Assembly (NCBI RefSeq): GCF_009914755.1
Contig: NC_060945.1
Length of the DNA: 64,000 nucleotides
DNA from: the human T2T-CHM13v2.0 reference genome, Homo sapiens
Strand: one strand, 5' to 3'
This document shows, piece after piece, positions 58,667-64,000 of the stretch. Both the position numbers and the translations under genes were made by a program. The first letter of the stretch is position 1, and the number at the start of each line of letters is the position of its first letter. Under the pieces are notes generated by a model. The model was not told the DNA's origin. It searched no databases and saw nothing but the letters and a program-made list of their open reading frames with translations.

Positions 58667-59000
<334 letters not shown>

Positions 59001-59784
59001 TAATTTGTTAGGGTATAATTTTTGTGGTCTCCAAATTGCCCCTTATTATCATTCCCTGCCTTTTCCCTGAAAGAGAAACACTCCACCAGCATCCTCAAGA
59101 CCTAGTTGTTCCTATGTGTGGTTGCACAACAAAGTTCACATCACTTTTAACTCAAGACCTTCCTCAAGTTCCTCTTCTTGCTCTGTTCCCTCATCTCAGT
59201 GTCATCTCTGTAGTGTGCTTTGAATGAGGTCCCCTTGTGGATACTGGTGACTAACAGACTAGACTGGAAAGTAGGTTGTACACTTCCGGAGAGCAGAAGA
59301 GGGGAGAGGGCAAGAGGAAAGAAAACAGGGAAGGGAAGCCATGAAAAAGAGATTGCTACAATGAATTACAACTTTTTTGTATTACTAAATGCAAGAATGA
59401 ACATTAGATTTTTACATGCCAGGATCATTCCTAAAAGGAGGAGAAATCTCTGATTATTTGTTTTTCCATGGTAGTTGTGATATTCTACACTTACATATAT
59501 CAAAAGAAAGAGAAAGAAAGTAATTTCAGGTTGGCAAACCTATTGCATCCTGGTCATAAAGTGCCTGAATTTAACACTGAGTCATTTTCTTGTCCAAATA
59601 CAAAAATCTTGAAAGAAAATATAGGTCAAGTTTTTTTTTTCCTTGTTAAAAACCAATGATCTCTTTCATCGTGAACCTTTTAAAGTAATAACTCATATAA
59701 ATTTACATTTTACATTATTTAATTTGGCTTAAAATAATTATTAGTTCTAGAATCTGATTTGTAAATCAAAATTGTCATACCAAG

Positions 59785-59786
<2 letters not shown>

Positions 59787-59818
<32 letters not shown>
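59787..59818. repeat. (AC)16 microsatellite
   Basis: Directly visible. Confidence 0.97.
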
Positions 59819-59823
<5 letters not shown>

Positions 59824-59883
59824 AACACACTCGTATCATCTGGGATTTTTTCTCAGTTAATTCTGTAGAAAATTCCTAACCAG

Positions 59884-60187
59884 GGCTGGGAGTGGTGGCT
59901 CATGCCTGTAATCCCAGCACTTTGGGAGGACGAGGTGGGCAGACCACAAGGTCAGGAGTTCGAGACCAGCCTGGCCAACATGGTGAAACCCCCGTCTCAA
60001 CTAAAAATACAAAAATTAGACAGTCATGGTGGCATGCTCCTGTAATCCCAGCTACTCACGAGGCTGAGGCAGGAGAATCACTTGAACCCGGGAAGCTGAG
60101 GTTGCAGTGAGCCAGATCGTGCCATTGCACTCCAGCCTGGGCGACAGAGCAACTTTCCATCTGAAAAACAAAAACAGAAAAAAAGAA
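59884..60187 (+). mobile_element. AluSg-like element
   Basis: Full dimer; TSD AGAAAATTCC(T/C)AACCA. Confidence 0.95.
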
Positions 60188-60789
60188 AATTCCCAACCAG
60201 TTCATCCTAGTCCACAAGAATCTGATTTTTGTCTCCCTTGTCCTTTAATTACTCTTCCTTGTCTCCTAAAAAAAAAACAAAAAAAAAAAACAAAAAAACA
60301 GTTTTGTATGCTCCTAACTGCTGATTGCTCCTTATTTTAACTGGATTTTTAGAAAAGACTTTTTTTTTTTTGAATTTTTGCTACTCACACTACTATTACA
60401 TCACTTCTTTATTGAAAGCAGAAATATGTAATATGTGTTGTTTGGCTCTAAAAAGAGAATGACTGTCATTTCTGGAAAAGTTAGACAAGTAAACACCTCA
60501 TATTTATTCGGAGACTTTAGCTTGAGTAGTTTTTTTGTGTCTTCTGATAGTATTGTTATCAACTATTTCAAAGTTAGTATCTATATACCCTTTTTCCTTA
60601 AGTAATCATGCATATTTCCAGACTATTAGTAAATAAAAATAATAGATACTCTTCAGTCAAAAGAAATTCTATTTTAGATCTTCAAATAAATCAACATAGT
60701 TTCATTCTCTTAAAAGAGACTTGAAAGAAAATATTGAGATCCCATAATCAATTATGCTATAAAACTTTTCACAAGGAAAATTTAAGTCA

Positions 60790-60981
60790 ACAGTCTCCTA
60801 TAAAACTTTCTGCAGGGTTGGAAATGTTTTATATCCAGGCTGTTCAAAATGGTATCCACCACCATGTGCCCTTCTACACATTTGAAATATGGCTAGGGCA
60901 ACAGAAAAAAAAATGAATTTTCACTTTAATTTAAATTTAAATAGCTACACGTGGCTGGTCACAGCTTATTGGAGAATGCAG
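60790..60981. mobile_element. MER3 (hAT-Charlie MITE)
   Basis: AAAACTTTCTGCAGGGTTGGAAATGTTTTATATC...AAATTTAAATAGCTACACGTGGCTGG; similar to the copy at 23215. Confidence 0.75.
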
Positions 60982-62603
60982 GTTAAGTAAAACAAAGAAA
61001 AAATGCAAGTAATAAACAATAAATTCTGCACATCCATGAATTTTGAGTCAAAATTTGAACTGTAGTTGATTTTTTGTCTTTTGTCTTCTATCCTTCTTAC
61101 TCCAAATCTCACTAAATAATTTAAATATGATCCCCTTCTTAGCACTGATTTCAAATGGCGTTTATAAGAAATAAAAGATTCCTGCCTTAGTAGTCAGGTA
61201 GAAGGCAGGTTGTATTAAAGTATTTCAGAGTAGTCAGTTATTACTTCCTTTAACTGAAAATATTTTTTGACATTAAATTCATATCTATCTTACTTATTTT
61301 TTAGAAAGTTAACAGAACAAATCTCCAAAATCACAAAAATAGTTGATCTAGCAAGGCAATACTTGCATTATACTACTTAAATTAAATGTAAAACAGCATC
61401 AAAATTTTACTTTGTAAATATTTTAGCCATAGTCAAAGTATAAACTCTGATTTAGGGATGCTTTTGTATTGATGATAAGATGTTAAGAATTAGAAGAGAC
61501 CTTAAACCTGTATATATGACAGTGGTAATTGGACTAATTGATTGCAACATCTTCTTTCAAATAAATATTGATTTAATCAAGTCTGCATTCCCATTGGCCT
61601 TAACGGAAGTCCTACCAGAAGCCTGTGCACTCGGATCTGGCTAACCTCTATCTGGATATAAATATTTTAAATGCATGGCCATTCAGTTCTAAGTATGAAT
61701 TTTTTGGCGAGTATTTATTCCTCTTGATTTTCTAAATTCCTCAGTTAACATTGTTATGCCTTCTGTAAAGTTAAGGCCTGTGTGTGTGTATATCTCTGTA
61801 TGTAATAGAGAGATAGCATGGATTAGGGGAAAAAAAAGTTGTATTTGCATTTGTTGTTTCTGATTCACAGAGCTAGGAGTGCAGTGTTCATGTGGAGTCC
61901 ACAGAGCTGGAATATCAGTAGGCAGTTGCTGTAAGCACATGTTCAATTATTAAAATAGTCAACATTTTATGTCTGATAGCCATAGCGAGGTCATGACATT
62001 AATTTATCCAAAGTATTGTGGGCAACTGTCTAGAAAAATAAATAGCATAAAGGACACAGATGCCAGAGAACTAAAAAAGAAAAAAAAAAAAAGGTGGGTC
62101 TGAGCAAAGAGAGATTAAGAGATGACCAATTTATTTAATCCACATAGAACAGGAAGAAGTCAGCAGGTGTCTCAACGTTAATGACAAGTATTTTAAGCTA
62201 TGCTGCACATGAGTTAATTTTTGCTTTAGTTTTTCATTAGATTCTAAGCTTGTTGAATACTACTCCTATTCTTCCATGTCAGAAACTTAATTTCATATTT
62301 TATTGTTGCTTCAATGCTTAGGGATTCTTTGCTACCTGTTTCTTTCTCTCCTTTTTCATTCTTCCCTTCCCTCTTCCCATTTCTGTGTTTCCCTTTCTTC
62401 TTCCCTGTTATTATTTTCCTTCTTGCTTTTCTCTCTCATGAGAGTATATTCTTAATTCTGTTTCCTTCTGGTGCCAACTTCTTTTTCTATTTTTATTCTT
62501 GCGTTTGAGAGGTTTCTTTTTCCTTTTGCTTTCAAATCAGGAGCCTGTAGGAACTGATCTTAGAGATACATACCCTACTACCGATGCTTCTATCTCTTTA
62601 TAG

Positions 62604-62730
62604 GTTGTGTGATGTTTTCTTTGGAACCTCTGCGAATGGTTGTCCTTCTTGTTTGTTGCCACAGATCTGTTGCCAATCTGCTACCTTAGTTGAGCCTGCA
62701 GTGCCGCACTGCATGCTGGGATCTGTCTGT
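62604..62730 (+). other. Candidate host-gene exon (alternative acceptor at 62540)
   Basis: ~200-nt pyrimidine-rich tract (62325-62535), acceptors TCAG| (62540) and CTCTTTATAG| (62603), donor TGT|GTGAGT (62731). Confidence 0.5.
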
Positions 62731-63399
62731 GTGAGTAAACTGAAATTTCTACAGCACCAGACAGCATTAGAGTTGGCTTGAGAATTGCCGTACTTTGCTT
62801 CCCTTTGTATGTATTTCTTGTATGCTGCCGAGTCACTGATGGCTAGCTCTGTCTGGCAAGTAATTCAAAAATGCTGTTTATGTAGAAAGGAAAGGTAGGG
62901 ACTTTACCACACTCTGTCATTAAAGGGAGCAATTGAAGAACAAAGGAACTGAGTAAATACCTATATATTGCCTTTTGTGTTGCGAAACACTGTAGCACAA
63001 ACACATTTGTGTTCAGCCAAATGTTTTACTTCCTTTTGTAATAACGCATATAGTAGGTTGTCTCCACATATGTACAAGAATCCATATTTTATTTAAACGT
63101 ATATAGTCAATTGTTCATATTTATAGGCTGCAAACATTTCTCAATCTCAAAGACTTTTACATATCCACTCCCACACAGCTATTTGTTATTATTTTAAAAG
63201 TTCTTAAATTAAAAAAAAAAATAAAATATACTAATATCTCTGTTGGTTGATTTTATTAAGCAACTTAGGATTTCAACACAGTTTAAATCATATTGATGAC
63301 TCAGATCCTGGCAGGTCTTACAATTCCTGTGAAATGAGAGCACAGCTAATAAAAATATTAAGCAATTACTTTTATTAAAATCATAGGGTTTTTTTCATT

Positions 63400-64000
63400 A
63401 TCACATAGAAATGATTGATCTATACAGATTGGTCTCACTCATGTGTCTTTTGGGCTGCTTGGGAGCTTCATGTAGAAGTGGAAAGTCCCCTTTGCTCTTC
63501 CTTCGACCAAGGTGGGGAAAATGAAGGCATAGAATACAATCTAGGGCTATTAAAGAATTGCTGGCATTACTTCTCTCTATCACGTGTGAGCCTGGCTGCC
63601 TGCTTCCTGAGGTAGGGGATCCAGGATGAGACTGTGCCGGAGCCTGTTTCCACAACTGCATTTGGAGATCCGTCTTATTGATTAGCGGGGGAAAGGGGTG
63701 GGGATCAGGAGTGTGAGGTGAGGGGAGGACCAACTGACGACTGGCTCAATGAAGCACAAGACATTTTCTTCCGGAAAGATGTCAAACAACTGAGAAACAG
63801 CCAGAGAGGAAGTAGAAAGGTGGAAAAATGAGGAGACCCTGGAAGAAATGAAGGCATTTCCTATGAGACAGCCTTGGGGCTTTTTTCTTTTCTTTCTTTT
63901 TTTTTGCTTCCATCATCTGACCTGCAAAGGCTAGAGTGACAGCGTCATGCAAATGCTGCAGTCCAGCAGGTCTGGGAGAGGGTGGATGCTAGACTGTGAG
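63400..64000 (+). promoter_or_regulatory. Candidate internal promoter/enhancer upstream of mir-125b-2
   Basis: Repeat-free with rising GC and several CpGs; reverse CCAAT (ATTGG ~63428), E-box CACGTG 63581-63586, G-rich tract 63688-63729. Confidence 0.35.

Overview
Human (primate) intronic DNA with no credible protein-coding gene. Two miRNA hairpins on the + strand, mir-99a (14509-14589) and let-7c (15248-15331), are recognisable base-for-base. They identify the window as part of the chr21 lncRNA host gene MIR99AHG (LINC00478/C21orf34). The third cluster member, mir-125b-2, was not found in the window and from recall lies just past its 3' end. Bases 1-8k are an old antisense L1 containing a full-length dead Hsmar1 mariner and several Alus. 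Bases 8.4-15.7k are almost repeat-free and hold candidate host exons, a candidate regulatory region and the miRNAs. The rest is AT-rich intron with about 20 further Alus or Alu fragments, MIR/L2 relics, MER3/MER53/Tigger2 MITEs and simple repeats. Most notable observations: (1) a human-specific L1HS-Ta insertion carrying a ~130-bp 3' transduction with its own ATTAAA signal, second poly(A) tail and TSD; (2) a 24-bp palindromic minisatellite that places 13 perfect Pumilio elements (UGUACAUA) in ~370 nt, on the transcribed strand only; (3) a small candidate exon with a strong-Kozak micro-ORF; (4) a perfect 12-bp hairpin inside a MIR-like relic. Repeat subfamily calls were made by eye from remembered consensus sequences, and repeat boundaries are approximate. 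No new biological system can be demonstrated from sequence alone; the functional ideas are hypotheses.
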